Under the pieces are notes generated by a model. That model searched no databases and was not told the DNA's origin. It saw only the letters and a list, made by a program, of their open reading frames with translations. The translations under genes were made by a program, and so were the position numbers. Shown piece after piece: positions 9,154-17,584 of a stretch of 38,157 nucleotides of DNA; positions within the stretch are counted from its first letter, which is position 1; each line of letters starts with the position of its first letter. This DNA comes from Verrucomicrobiia bacterium (GTDB lineage Bacteria; Chloroflexota; Limnocylindria; Limnocylindrales; CSP1-4), in contig DATLVO010000110.1 in assembly GCA_035577485.1 (NCBI GenBank), positions 1 to 38,157 on the forward strand. The letters run 5' to 3'.

Positions 9154-10839
9154 TCATCGGACCGCGGGGCGCCACCCCGGGAGGCTCGTGACCCCGGTCC
9201 CGGCGCCTTCGGTCAGGTCGGCCAGCGCGCCGTCATGGACGAGCCGCGTCGCGCCGGCGAGGTCCGCTCCCGGCTCGCGGTCCGCACGGACCCGGGTCGC
9301 CACGGCTCGGATCCGGCGATGGGCCTCGTCCACGCCGGCACCGGGCATCGGCGGCGTGGCAGCGTCGGCGTTCCGGCCGTCACCGGCCAGGAGCTCGAGG
9401 CGCAGGTCGATCGCCTGCGCGGCGACGAGGAGCTCGATCGCCACAATCCGCTCGACGTGCTCGAGAACGCTCCGCGCGTGACGCGCCGCGATCGGGCCCA
9501 TCGAGACGTGATCCTCCTGGTTCGCGCTCGTCGGCACCGAATCGACCGAGGCGGGATGGGCGAGCACCTTGTTCTCCGAGGCGAGTGCGGCCGCCGTGTA
9601 CTGGAGCATCATCAGGCCGGAATCGAAGCCGCTCGGCGGCGCGAGGAACGCCGGCAGCCCGCCACTCAGCCGACCGTCCAGGAGGAGCGCCGTGCGGCGC
9701 TCGCTGATCGACCCGAGCTCGGCGATCGCGAGCTTCGCGAAGTCGAGGGCGAGCGCGATCGGCTCGCCGTGGAAGTTGCCGCCGCTGATCACCCGACCGC
9801 CGCCGGTGGCCAGGGCGTCCTCGGCCGCGACGCCGCCCTCGGGGAACACGAGCGGGTTGTCGGTGGCGCTGTTCATCTCGATGTCGAGGACCCGTCGAAG
9901 GTGGTCGAGAGCGTCGCGGACCGCGCCGTGGACCTGGGGCACGCAGCGCAGCGAGTAGGGGTCCTGGACCTTGTGCGGCAAGGCCTTGTGCGACGCCTGG
10001 ATCCCGGACTCCCGGAGCAGGTGCCGCATCTCCGCCGCGACCGCGATCTGGCCCGGGTGGGGTCGGGCGAGCTGGTAGGCGGCCGAGAAGGCGACGTCGG
10101 TGCCGAGGAGCGCCTCGACGCTCATCGCCGCGGCGACACTCGCCGTGCGGCAGAGCCGGTCGGCGTCGGTAAGCAGCAGGGCACCGATCGCCGACATCTG
10201 CTGGGTCCCGTTGAGGAGCGCCAAGCCCTCCTTCGCCTCCAGGACGAGCGGCTCGAGACCGAGCTCGCGGAGGGCGACGAGGGCGGGCATCTGCTGCCCG
10301 CGCAGCTCGACCTGGCCGCGGCCGATCAGCGGCAGGGCGAGGTGCGCGAGCGGGGCGAGGTCCCCCGACGCGCCGACCGAGCCCTGGGCGGGGACGATCG
10401 GATGGATGCCCACCTCGAGGAACGCGAGCAGCCGGTCGACCAGCAGGGGCCGGCAGCCGCTGTGACCGAGGGCGAGCGTGTTGGCCCGGAGGAGGAGCAT
10501 CGCCCGGACGATCTCCTGGTCGAGCGGCGCGCCGACCCCGGCGGCGTGGCTCATCAGGAGGTTCTCCTGGAGGCGGGCGGCATCGGCCGGGGCGATGAAC
10601 CGGTTCGCCAGGTCACCGAACCCGGTCGTGACCCCGTACACGACCGCTCCCGAGTCCACGAGAAGCTCGATCAGGTCCCGCGATTCCTGCATCCGCTCGC
10701 GGGCCCCCGGGTCGAGCGTCGCCGTCCGCCGGCCGCGGGCGATGGACTCGACGTCGTGGATCGTGAGGTCGGCGCCGGTCAGGACGAGCGGATCGGCCGG
10801 GTCACCGGCCCGTGGGCCGGCGCCTCGTGGTTCGGTCAC
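9154..10839 (-). CDS. hutH: histidine ammonia-lyase
   Basis: 561-aa ORF with the MIO-forming GASGDLAPL motif and typical HAL core. It has Ala/Gly-rich N- and C-terminal extensions. Confidence 0.95.
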   Translation of the reverse strand: MTEPRGAGPRAGDPADPLVLTGADLTIHDVESIARGRRTATLDPGARERMQESRDLIELLVDSGAVVYGVTTGFGDLANRFIAPADAARLQENLLMSHAAGVGAPLDQEIVRAMLLLRANTLALGHSGCRPLLVDRLLAFLEVGIHPIVPAQGSVGASGDLAPLAHLALPLIGRGQVELRGQQMPALVALRELGLEPLVLEAKEGLALLNGTQQMSAIGALLLTDADRLCRTASVAAAMSVEALLGTDVAFSAAYQLARPHPGQIAVAAEMRHLLRESGIQASHKALPHKVQDPYSLRCVPQVHGAVRDALDHLRRVLDIEMNSATDNPLVFPEGGVAAEDALATGGGRVISGGNFHGEPIALALDFAKLAIAELGSISERRTALLLDGRLSGGLPAFLAPPSGFDSGLMMLQYTAAALASENKVLAHPASVDSVPTSANQEDHVSMGPIAARHARSVLEHVERIVAIELLVAAQAIDLRLELLAGDGRNADAATPPMPGAGVDEAHRRIRAVATRVRADREPGADLAGATRLVHDGALADLTEGAGTGVTSLPGWRPAVR

Positions 10840-10928
10840 GATGGGCAGGATAGTCGGCTATTCTCGCCGCGGTCCGGTGGACTGCGACCTGTCCCATTCG
10901 TGCAGGCGCCCCGCATCCCGAGGTCGCC

Positions 10929-11588
10929 TTGCTCGCCTTCATCGACCAGATCGTGATCCCGTTCCTCAACAGCCTGTACGGGGCCGTCGGATACCTCGGG
11001 GTCACGGTCGCGATGGCGATCGAATCGGCCATGATCCCCCTCCCCTCGGAGCTGATCCTTCCGTACGCCGGCTTCCTCGTGTCCGACCCGTCGAAGATCG
11101 AGCCGCTGACCCACGGGCCGTGGAGCTTCTGGATCGTCGTCGTCGCGGCGACCATCGGAAACACCCTGGGGTCGCTCGTGGGATACGCGATCGGGGCCTG
11201 GGGCGGCCGGCCGTTCCTCGAGCGATACGGCCGGTATCTCCTGATCCGGTCGCACGACATCGAGCTCGCCGAGCGGTTCTTCGACCGGTATGGGTCGGCC
11301 ACCGCGTTCTTCAGCCGGCTCCTGCCGATCGTCCGGACGTTCATCAGCTTTCCCGCCGGGGTCGCCCGGATGCCGCTTGGCCGGTTCATCGCCTATTCGA
11401 CGGCCGGCGCCTTCCTGTGGTCGATCCTCCTCGTCTACGCCGGGACCGTGCTCGGCGCGCGCTGGGAAGACATCCGCCACGCCCTCCAGCCGTTCGACCT
11501 GCTGATCGCCGTGGTCTTCGTCGCTCTCGTCGTCGTCTTCGTCTGGTGGCGGCTGGGGATGCCCGGACGGCCGCGCCGGACGAGCTGA
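10929..11588 (+). CDS. DedA/SNARE-associated family membrane protein
   Basis: 219-aa ORF (TTG start) with ...VAMAIESAMIPLPSELILPYAGFLV..., FFSRLLPIVRTFISFPAG. Confidence 0.85.
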   Translation: MLAFIDQIVIPFLNSLYGAVGYLGVTVAMAIESAMIPLPSELILPYAGFLVSDPSKIEPLTHGPWSFWIVVVAATIGNTLGSLVGYAIGAWGGRPFLERYGRYLLIRSHDIELAERFFDRYGSATAFFSRLLPIVRTFISFPAGVARMPLGRFIAYSTAGAFLWSILLVYAGTVLGARWEDIRHALQPFDLLIAVVFVALVVVFVWWRLGMPGRPRRTS

Positions 11589-11601
11589 TCGTCGGGCCGG
11601 G

Positions 11602-12384
11602 TCAAGTCTTCGGGCGGTCGTACTCGATGTACCGGCTGACCACCTCGAAGCCCATCGAGCGATAGACGGGAAGACCCATCTCGCTGCTCTGGAGGACCGC
11701 GATCGTGCTGCCCCAGGCAGCCTGGCCCGCCCGGATCACGGCCCAGGTCACGGCCCGTCCGATCCCCAGCCGGCGGGCCCGCTCGAGCGTCCCGACCGCG
11801 TAGACCCCGAGGGTCGACCCAGACGCTCCGGAGGCGATCGCCACGGCACCCGCGACGGGCAGGGAGTCGAGGTAGGCGACGGCGAGCCGGACCGACGGGT
11901 CGGTCACGAGGCTGGTCCCGAACAAGCGCCGGAACTTGGCGCCGGATCCGATCGCCTCGTGCAAGTGCTCGAGCAGGTCGCGACCACCGGTCCGGATCTC
12001 GACGTCGTCCGGTGGCGGCGTTGCGGTGGCCGCCGCCGGGATCGGCTCGAGGGTCATCACCGGGGTCTGCCAGGGGTCGGCGATCAGGCCCAGGTCCTCG
12101 ACGGCGGCCCGGATCGCCGGGTCGAGATCCTCGCGGATCTGGACGGAGACGGGCAATCCGCGCGATTCGACCCAGGCGATCCCGGCCAGGACGTCCTCCG
12201 GGGTCGTCGTCGGCTCGAGCGCCAGGACCGGGTTGAAGAACGCGATGTCGACACCGATCGCGATGACCTCCACGCCACCGAACCGAGCGATCCCGCCGCG
12301 CGGGTCACCGGAGCGCTCCTGGGTGAGCGAGAAGGCGGCCACGACGTTCTCGTCGGCCAGGCGCCGTCGGTCGGCGAGATCCAC
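11602..12384 (-). CDS. GNAT-family N-acetyltransferase
   Basis: 260-aa ORF. C-terminal RRLGIGRAVTWAV (R/Q-x-x-G-x-G/A) motif and ...MGFEVV. Confidence 0.8.
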   Translation of the reverse strand: MDLADRRRLADENVVAAFSLTQERSGDPRGGIARFGGVEVIAIGVDIAFFNPVLALEPTTTPEDVLAGIAWVESRGLPVSVQIREDLDPAIRAAVEDLGLIADPWQTPVMTLEPIPAAATATPPPDDVEIRTGGRDLLEHLHEAIGSGAKFRRLFGTSLVTDPSVRLAVAYLDSLPVAGAVAIASGASGSTLGVYAVGTLERARRLGIGRAVTWAVIRAGQAAWGSTIAVLQSSEMGLPVYRSMGFEVVSRYIEYDRPKT

Positions 12385-12411
12385 GAGCGGGTCCTCGCTC
12401 CGGGCCGGCCG

Positions 12412-13710
12412 CTACCGGCCGCCGCCGGCGGAGGCCCGCTCGTCCGGGGCACGACCGGCCCGGAACGCGCGGTACAGCAGGAGGTCGTACACGATCTTCA
12501 GCCCGCCGGCGAGGAAGAACGGCAATGAGGTCAGCCCGTTGCTCGCGACGAGCGGCGCGGAGATGATCGGCGAGAGGGCGGCGCCCGTCGTCCGGGCGAT
12601 CCCGGTGACGCCGGCGGCGGCCGACCGCTCGTCGGGCTCGACCACGGCCATCACGTACGACTGCCGGGTCGGGACGTCCATCTGGCTCAGGCTGAACCGC
12701 AACAACAGGACGGCGATCGCGAGGGGCAGGTTGGGCATCAGCGGCACCAGGATCAGCAGCACGTTCGAGGGCAGGTGGGTGAACACCATCGTGTTGACCA
12801 GCCCGATCCGGGCGGCGATCCGCGACGCGGACAGCGACGACACCGCCGCGAGGAGGTTCGCCCCGAAGAAGATCCCGCCGAGGACGGCCGGCTCGACCCC
12901 GAACCGGAGGTGGAACCAGTACGCCATCAGGCTCTGCGGGATGAACCCGCCGCCGAAGGCGTCGATGCTGAAGAGCGCGGACAAGCGAGCGACGATGCCC
13001 TTCGATCGACCGAGCCCGAGCCGCCGTCGGACGCCATCGTCGGCCGCCGGTGCGTGTGGCGCCTCGACCGCCGAGCTGACACGGGCGAACACCGCGGCCA
13101 TCGCCAGCCCGACGATCGCGTAGCCGACGACGATCGCCCGGTAGGCATCGGCCGGCGAGAAGCCCGCCGCGAGCAGGCCCTGGCTGAGGAAGCCCGCGGC
13201 GAGCGCCCCCACTGCGGTCGCGACGTAGCCCGCGAGGTTGTACCAGGCGAAGGTCGGCGTGCGGCGGGCGTCGGGGGTCGCCTGGCTGAGGGCGGCCTGC
13301 TCGACGGCGAGGAACGGCCCGACCTCGTTGCCGGTCGGGCTGATGACGCCGATCGTCGCGGCGAGGACCAGCAACGGCACCCAGCTCGTCACCGCGAACA
13401 GGATCCCGGCCCCCACCATCAGGAGCGACCCCGCGATCAGGACCCGCCGCCGCCCGATCCGGTCGGCGTTCGTCGTCAGCCAGAGCGAGATCAGCGTGTC
13501 CCCGACGAGCGTCAGGGTGAGGATCGCCCCGATCGTGAGCGCGTCGATGCCCAGGGCGGCGAGGTAGAGGACGAGCACGACGGCGAGGAACCCGTAGCCG
13601 AACATCCGCAGGACGCGGGTCGTGAAGAGGAGCCGGCCGTCGCGATCGAGCCCGCGGAGGCTGGCGGCCAGGCTCGCATCGATCGGGGCCGGGGCCGAGG
13701 GAGGGGTCAC
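12412..13710 (-). CDS. MFS transporter
   Basis: 432-aa ORF with about 12 TM segments and motif-A-like NADRIGRRRVLIAG. 27 nt upstream of the GNAT gene on the same strand. Confidence 0.85.
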   Translation of the reverse strand: MTPPSAPAPIDASLAASLRGLDRDGRLLFTTRVLRMFGYGFLAVVLVLYLAALGIDALTIGAILTLTLVGDTLISLWLTTNADRIGRRRVLIAGSLLMVGAGILFAVTSWVPLLVLAATIGVISPTGNEVGPFLAVEQAALSQATPDARRTPTFAWYNLAGYVATAVGALAAGFLSQGLLAAGFSPADAYRAIVVGYAIVGLAMAAVFARVSSAVEAPHAPAADDGVRRRLGLGRSKGIVARLSALFSIDAFGGGFIPQSLMAYWFHLRFGVEPAVLGGIFFGANLLAAVSSLSASRIAARIGLVNTMVFTHLPSNVLLILVPLMPNLPLAIAVLLLRFSLSQMDVPTRQSYVMAVVEPDERSAAAGVTGIARTTGAALSPIISAPLVASNGLTSLPFFLAGGLKIVYDLLLYRAFRAGRAPDERASAGGGR

Positions 13711-13732
13711 CGGCGCGATTCTACGTGCCAGA

Positions 13733-14029
13733 ATGGGCGCGGAGGTATCCGCGCCGACGATGAACGAGACGCAGACGGGCCACGAGCCCAGCCCGGATGA
13801 GCTGGCCCACGGCGGGGCCGATCACGGCCTCCATCACCCGGGCGACCTGCCCGACGAGGCCCACGGGGCCGACGACCACGGCGACGGGCACGGTCACGAC
13901 GATCACGCCCACGCCGCCGAGGAGCTCGGCCCGGTCGACGTCCGCGCCTGGGGCGCGCTCGTGGTCGGCGTGGCGGCGGGTCTCGCGATCGTCTTCGGCC
14001 TGGTCCTGACGAACGCGATCCTGCCCTGA
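13733..14029 (+). CDS. small His/Asp-rich tail-anchored membrane protein (hypothetical)
   Basis: ATG 13733 (alternative ATG 13760). ...GHEPSPDELAHGGADHGLHHPGDLPDEAHGADDHGDGHGHDDHAHAAEE..., then a single C-terminal TM WGALVVGVAAGLAIVFGLVL. The longer track ORF overlaps the divergent MFS gene. Confidence 0.45.
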   Translation: MGAEVSAPTMNETQTGHEPSPDELAHGGADHGLHHPGDLPDEAHGADDHGDGHGHDDHAHAAEELGPVDVRAWGALVVGVAAGLAIVFGLVLTNAILP

Positions 14030-14087
14030 CGCGTCGTCCGCAGACCCGCGCGCTCGATCGCTTCTGCGGCGGCCGGGCGCTCCGCGA

Positions 14088-15794
14088 CTAGAAGAGCCCG
14101 ACGATCTCGCCGGCCGCGTCGATGTCGATGTTCTCGCCGCCCGGTCGCGACGGCAACCCCGGCATCGTCCGCATCTCGCCCACGAGCGGCGTGATGAAGC
14201 CCGCGCCGGCAGAGAGCCGGATGTCGCGGATCGGGATCGTGAAGCCGCTGGGCCGGCCCTTGAGGTTCGCGTCGTGGCTGAGCGAGTACTGGGTCTTGGC
14301 CATGCACACCGGCAGCCGTCCCATCCCGAGGTCCTCGTACAGCTTCAGCGCCTTGCGGGCCACGGGTGTGAGCTCGATCCCGTCCGCGCCGTAGACCTTC
14401 GTCGCGATGGTCAGGATCTTCTCGCCGAGTGGCGCGTCGTCGGGATAGAGGAGGCGGAAGTCGGCCTCGCCGCTGTTGGCGGCGTCCCAGACCGCCTCGG
14501 CCAGCGCCCGCGCCCCGTCGCCCCCCTCGACGAAATGTGTCGCGACGACGGCGTCCCGGGCCCCGGCCTCGAGGGCCACCTGGCGGACAGCCTCCACCTC
14601 GGCCGGCGTGTCGGTCGGGAATGAGTTGATCGCCACGACCGCTGGCACGCCGAACAGCCGGACGTTCTCGATCTGCTTGGCCAGGTTCGAAGCGCCCGTC
14701 CGGACCGCCACGACGTTCTCCTCGGCGAGGGCCGGGTCGAGCGGCTTGCCGGCGACGATCTTGCCGACGCCGCCGTGCATCTTCAGGGCCCGGATCGTGG
14801 CGACGACGACGGCCGCGTCCGGCGCCAGACCCGATGCCCGGCACTTGATGTCGAAGAACTTCTCGGCGCCCATGTCGGCGCCGAAGCCGGCCTCGGTGCA
14901 GACGATCTCGTTCGTCGCGAGGGCGATCCGGTCGGCGATGATCGAGTTGTTGCCGTGGGCGATGTTCGCGAACGGCCCGCAGTGGACGAAGGCGGGTCCG
15001 CCCTCGAGCGTCTGCAGCAGGTTCGGCTTGATCGCGTCGGTCAGGAGCGCGGTCATCGCGCCGGCGACCCGGAGGTCCTCGGCGGTGACGGCGCTGCCGT
15101 CCTTGCGGGTCGCGAGGACGATCCGGCCGAGCCGCGCCCGGAGATCGTGGATGTCGCGGGCGAGGGCCAGCACCGCCATCACTTCCGAGGCGACGGTGAT
15201 CACGAACTCGGTCTCGCGGGGGATCCCGTTCTCCTTGCCGCCGAGCCCGACGATCACCTTGCGCACCGCGCGATCGCTGATGTCCACGACCCGCGGCCAG
15301 AGGATCGAGAACGGATCGATGCCGAGGGCGTTGCCGTGGTGGAGGTGGTTGTCGAGGAAGGCGGCCCCGAGGTTGTGGGCGGCCCCGATCGCATGGACGT
15401 CGCCGGTCAGGTGGAGGTTGAAATCGGCCATCGGGATGACCTGGCTGTAGCCACCCCCGGCGGCACCGCCCTTGATCCCGAAGACCGGCCCCAGGGACGG
15501 CTGGCGGATGCACACCGCGGCCTTCCGGCCGATCCTGTTGAGGCCCTGCGCGAGCCCGACCGTCGTCGTCGACTTGCCCTCGCCGAGCGGCGTCGGCGTG
15601 ATCGCGGTCACCACGACGTACTTGCCGCGGGGCCGTTCGGTTTCGAGCCGCTCGATCGCGGCGAGCGTGATCTTCGCCTTCGTGTGTCCGTACGGCTCGA
15701 TCTCGTCGTCGCGGAGGCCAAGGTCGTGGGCGACATCCATGATCGGACGCGGGGTGACGGACCGGGCGATCTCCAGGTCGGAGGGAAAGCTCAT
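14088..15794 (-). CDS. fhs: formate--tetrahydrofolate ligase
   Basis: The real start is ATG at 15794..15792 (MSFPSDLEIARSV...). Motifs TPTPLGEGKSTTT and GGAAGGGYSQV. 568 aa. The 833-aa track ORF is an artefactual upstream extension. Confidence 0.95.
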   Translation of the reverse strand: MSFPSDLEIARSVTPRPIMDVAHDLGLRDDEIEPYGHTKAKITLAAIERLETERPRGKYVVVTAITPTPLGEGKSTTTVGLAQGLNRIGRKAAVCIRQPSLGPVFGIKGGAAGGGYSQVIPMADFNLHLTGDVHAIGAAHNLGAAFLDNHLHHGNALGIDPFSILWPRVVDISDRAVRKVIVGLGGKENGIPRETEFVITVASEVMAVLALARDIHDLRARLGRIVLATRKDGSAVTAEDLRVAGAMTALLTDAIKPNLLQTLEGGPAFVHCGPFANIAHGNNSIIADRIALATNEIVCTEAGFGADMGAEKFFDIKCRASGLAPDAAVVVATIRALKMHGGVGKIVAGKPLDPALAEENVVAVRTGASNLAKQIENVRLFGVPAVVAINSFPTDTPAEVEAVRQVALEAGARDAVVATHFVEGGDGARALAEAVWDAANSGEADFRLLYPDDAPLGEKILTIATKVYGADGIELTPVARKALKLYEDLGMGRLPVCMAKTQYSLSHDANLKGRPSGFTIPIRDIRLSAGAGFITPLVGEMRTMPGLPSRPGGENIDIDAAGEIVGLF

Positions 15795-16768
15795 CGATCT
15801 CCTCGGGTGGCCGCGCCGACGCGCGCGCGAGTGCTGGCAGGTTCCGCGACAGGCCGCGCCGCCGCGCCTTCGGCGGCGCCAGGCGAAACGCGAGGATCGA
15901 GCGCTCCATCGGCCTCCTGGCCGAGGGCCGCCCGGACGAGATGGGCGAGGAGCAGCGCGTTCGTCAACGGCCCGACGCCACCGGGAACCGGCGTGATCGC
16001 CGACGCCACCCGGCGAGCGGCCTCGAAGTCCACGTCGCCGACGATGCGGCCGTCGACGACGTTGATCCCGATATCGACCACGACCGCCCCGCGCCGGAGC
16101 ATGGGTCCCGTGATCAGGCCCGGCCGGCCGGCGGCGACGAGGACGATCTCGGCGTCCTTGACGTGGCGGGCGAGGTCGCGCGTCCGCGAGTGACAGACCG
16201 TCACCGTGGCGTTCTCGCGGACCAGGAGGAACGCGGCCGGCATCCCGACGACCGCCGACCGCCCGACGACGACGGCACGCTTCCCCTCGATCTCGATGCC
16301 CGACCGCCGCAGGATCTCGACCGCGGCATGGGCCGTCGCCGGCAGGAAGCCGTCGTAGCCGAGCCGCAGGAGGCCGGCGTTCAGCGGGTGGATCCCGTCG
16401 ATGTCCTTCGCCGGGTCGATCGCGTCGACGACGCTCCGGAGTCGGATTGTCGGCGGGAGCGGCATCTGGACGATGATCCCGTTCACGGCCGGGTCCGCAT
16501 TCAGGCCCCGGATCGCCTCGACGAGGCTGGCCTCCGATGCCTCGCCGTCGACCTCGACCAGGCGACCCTCGATGCCGACCTTCTCGCAACCGCGAATGAT
16601 CTGGTGGAGATAGACCATCGACGGGGCGTCACGGCCGCAGATCACGACCGCGAGGACGGGCGGCCGACCGTGGCGCTCGCGATAGGCGGCGACGTCCTCG
16701 CTGACTGCCTGGCGAATCTCGCTGGCGATCGGACCGCCTTCCAGCAGCCGAGCGCCGCCGCGTGCCAC
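15791..16768 (-). CDS. folD: bifunctional methylene-THF dehydrogenase / methenyl-THF cyclohydrolase
   Basis: GTG at 16768..16766 gives VARGGARLLEGGPIASEIRQ... Motifs GRSAVVGMP and PVPGGVGPLT. It has an Ala/Pro-rich C-terminal tail of about 40 aa. Its TGA overlaps the fhs ATG (ATGA). Confidence 0.9.
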   Translation of the reverse strand: MARGGARLLEGGPIASEIRQAVSEDVAAYRERHGRPPVLAVVICGRDAPSMVYLHQIIRGCEKVGIEGRLVEVDGEASEASLVEAIRGLNADPAVNGIIVQMPLPPTIRLRSVVDAIDPAKDIDGIHPLNAGLLRLGYDGFLPATAHAAVEILRRSGIEIEGKRAVVVGRSAVVGMPAAFLLVRENATVTVCHSRTRDLARHVKDAEIVLVAAGRPGLITGPMLRRGAVVVDIGINVVDGRIVGDVDFEAARRVASAITPVPGGVGPLTNALLLAHLVRAALGQEADGALDPRVSPGAAEGAAARPVAEPASTRARVGAATRGDR

Positions 16769-16781
16769 CGGGCTCAGGCCC

Positions 16782-17459
16782 TCATCCGTTCGTCGCGTCG
16801 AGCGGCTCGCGCGTCTCGCCGCTGCGCACCCCGGCATGGACCGAGGCCACGATCTCCGCGATGCTGTCGAGGAGGTGCATCACGCGCGCCGTCGCCTCGC
16901 CGGAATACGAGTCGTCATCGACCGAGGGAAGGTTGATCAGCACGTTCGCCGCGGCGCCACGAGCCGCGGCCTCGCCCAGCAGCGTGGCGACATCGAGATC
17001 GCTCGATGCGTTGGTATTGCTCCGGCCGACGAGCGACTCGGCCGTGGCCACGAGCTCCAGGCAGGCCTCGACGGTCCGGAGGGGGACCTCGGCCGCGCGC
17101 CTGGCCGCCGTGCTGAGCGCGGCCTTCCGCTCCCCGTGTTCCTGTTCGGTCGTCCGGGGCAGCTTCATCGCTGCCGCGAACTCGGCGTAGGCGACCGCGT
17201 CCTCGTCCGCCAGGTCGAGAAACCTTGTCGTAAGGCGCCGCCCGACCGCCTGGCTCTCGTGATGGAGGTCCGCGTGGGCGGCGTACTTGGGCCGACCTTC
17301 CGAGAGCGACGCGACCATCGCGACCAGTGCCGCCCCGAGCGAGGCGGCGACTGCGGACGCGCTGCCTCCGCCGGGAACCGGTTCCGCAGAGGCGAGCCTG
17401 TCGACGAACGACCCGAGCGTCAGGTCACGGAACGAGACGCCGGCGTCGGATTGGGGCAT
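16782..17459 (-). CDS. formimidoyl-THF cyclodeaminase (FTCD C-terminal type, cyclodeaminase/cyclohydrolase family)
   Basis: ATG at 17459..17457 gives MPQSDAGVSFRDLTLGSFVDRLASAEPVPGGGSASAVAASLGAAL..., the characteristic PxPGGGS motif. 13 nt upstream of folD. Confidence 0.85.
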   Translation of the reverse strand: MPQSDAGVSFRDLTLGSFVDRLASAEPVPGGGSASAVAASLGAALVAMVASLSEGRPKYAAHADLHHESQAVGRRLTTRFLDLADEDAVAYAEFAAAMKLPRTTEQEHGERKAALSTAARRAAEVPLRTVEACLELVATAESLVGRSNTNASSDLDVATLLGEAAARGAAANVLINLPSVDDDSYSGEATARVMHLLDSIAEIVASVHAGVRSGETREPLDATNG

Positions 17460-17584
17460 GCCTGAATTGTAGGTTGGGCGTCGGACCGACGGCGTCCGGA
17501 TCGCGCGGATGGCGGACTCCGGGAGCCAAACGATGTCCGGACTCCCTACCGCCACGGGACCATTGACCCGGGGACCGGGCCCGA

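Noticed and set aside
10850-10870. ATAG-TCGG-CTAT mini-palindrome between hutH and dedA as a HutC operator
   Set aside because: It has only 4-bp arms and no resemblance to the half-sites at 3982-4008. Too weak.
9070-10956. 628-aa plus-strand ORF antisense to hutH; similar cases at 4129..5646, 5961..7148, 29708..31054, 19442..20776, 19804..21186 and 27490..28605
   Set aside because: All are Arg/Gly/Asp/Pro-rich translations opposite or out of frame to genes with strong family motifs.
13903-15909. 668-aa minus-strand ORF overlapping fhs
   Set aside because: It is an alternative frame of the fhs gene. It is Arg/Pro/Gly-rich with no motifs, whereas the fhs frame has unmistakable signatures.
15795-16589. 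Upstream 265-aa extension of the fhs ORF (track ORF 14088..16589)
   Set aside because: The extension is junk sequence and overlaps folD in another frame. ATG 15794 gives the canonical Fhs N-terminus and an ATGA junction with folD.
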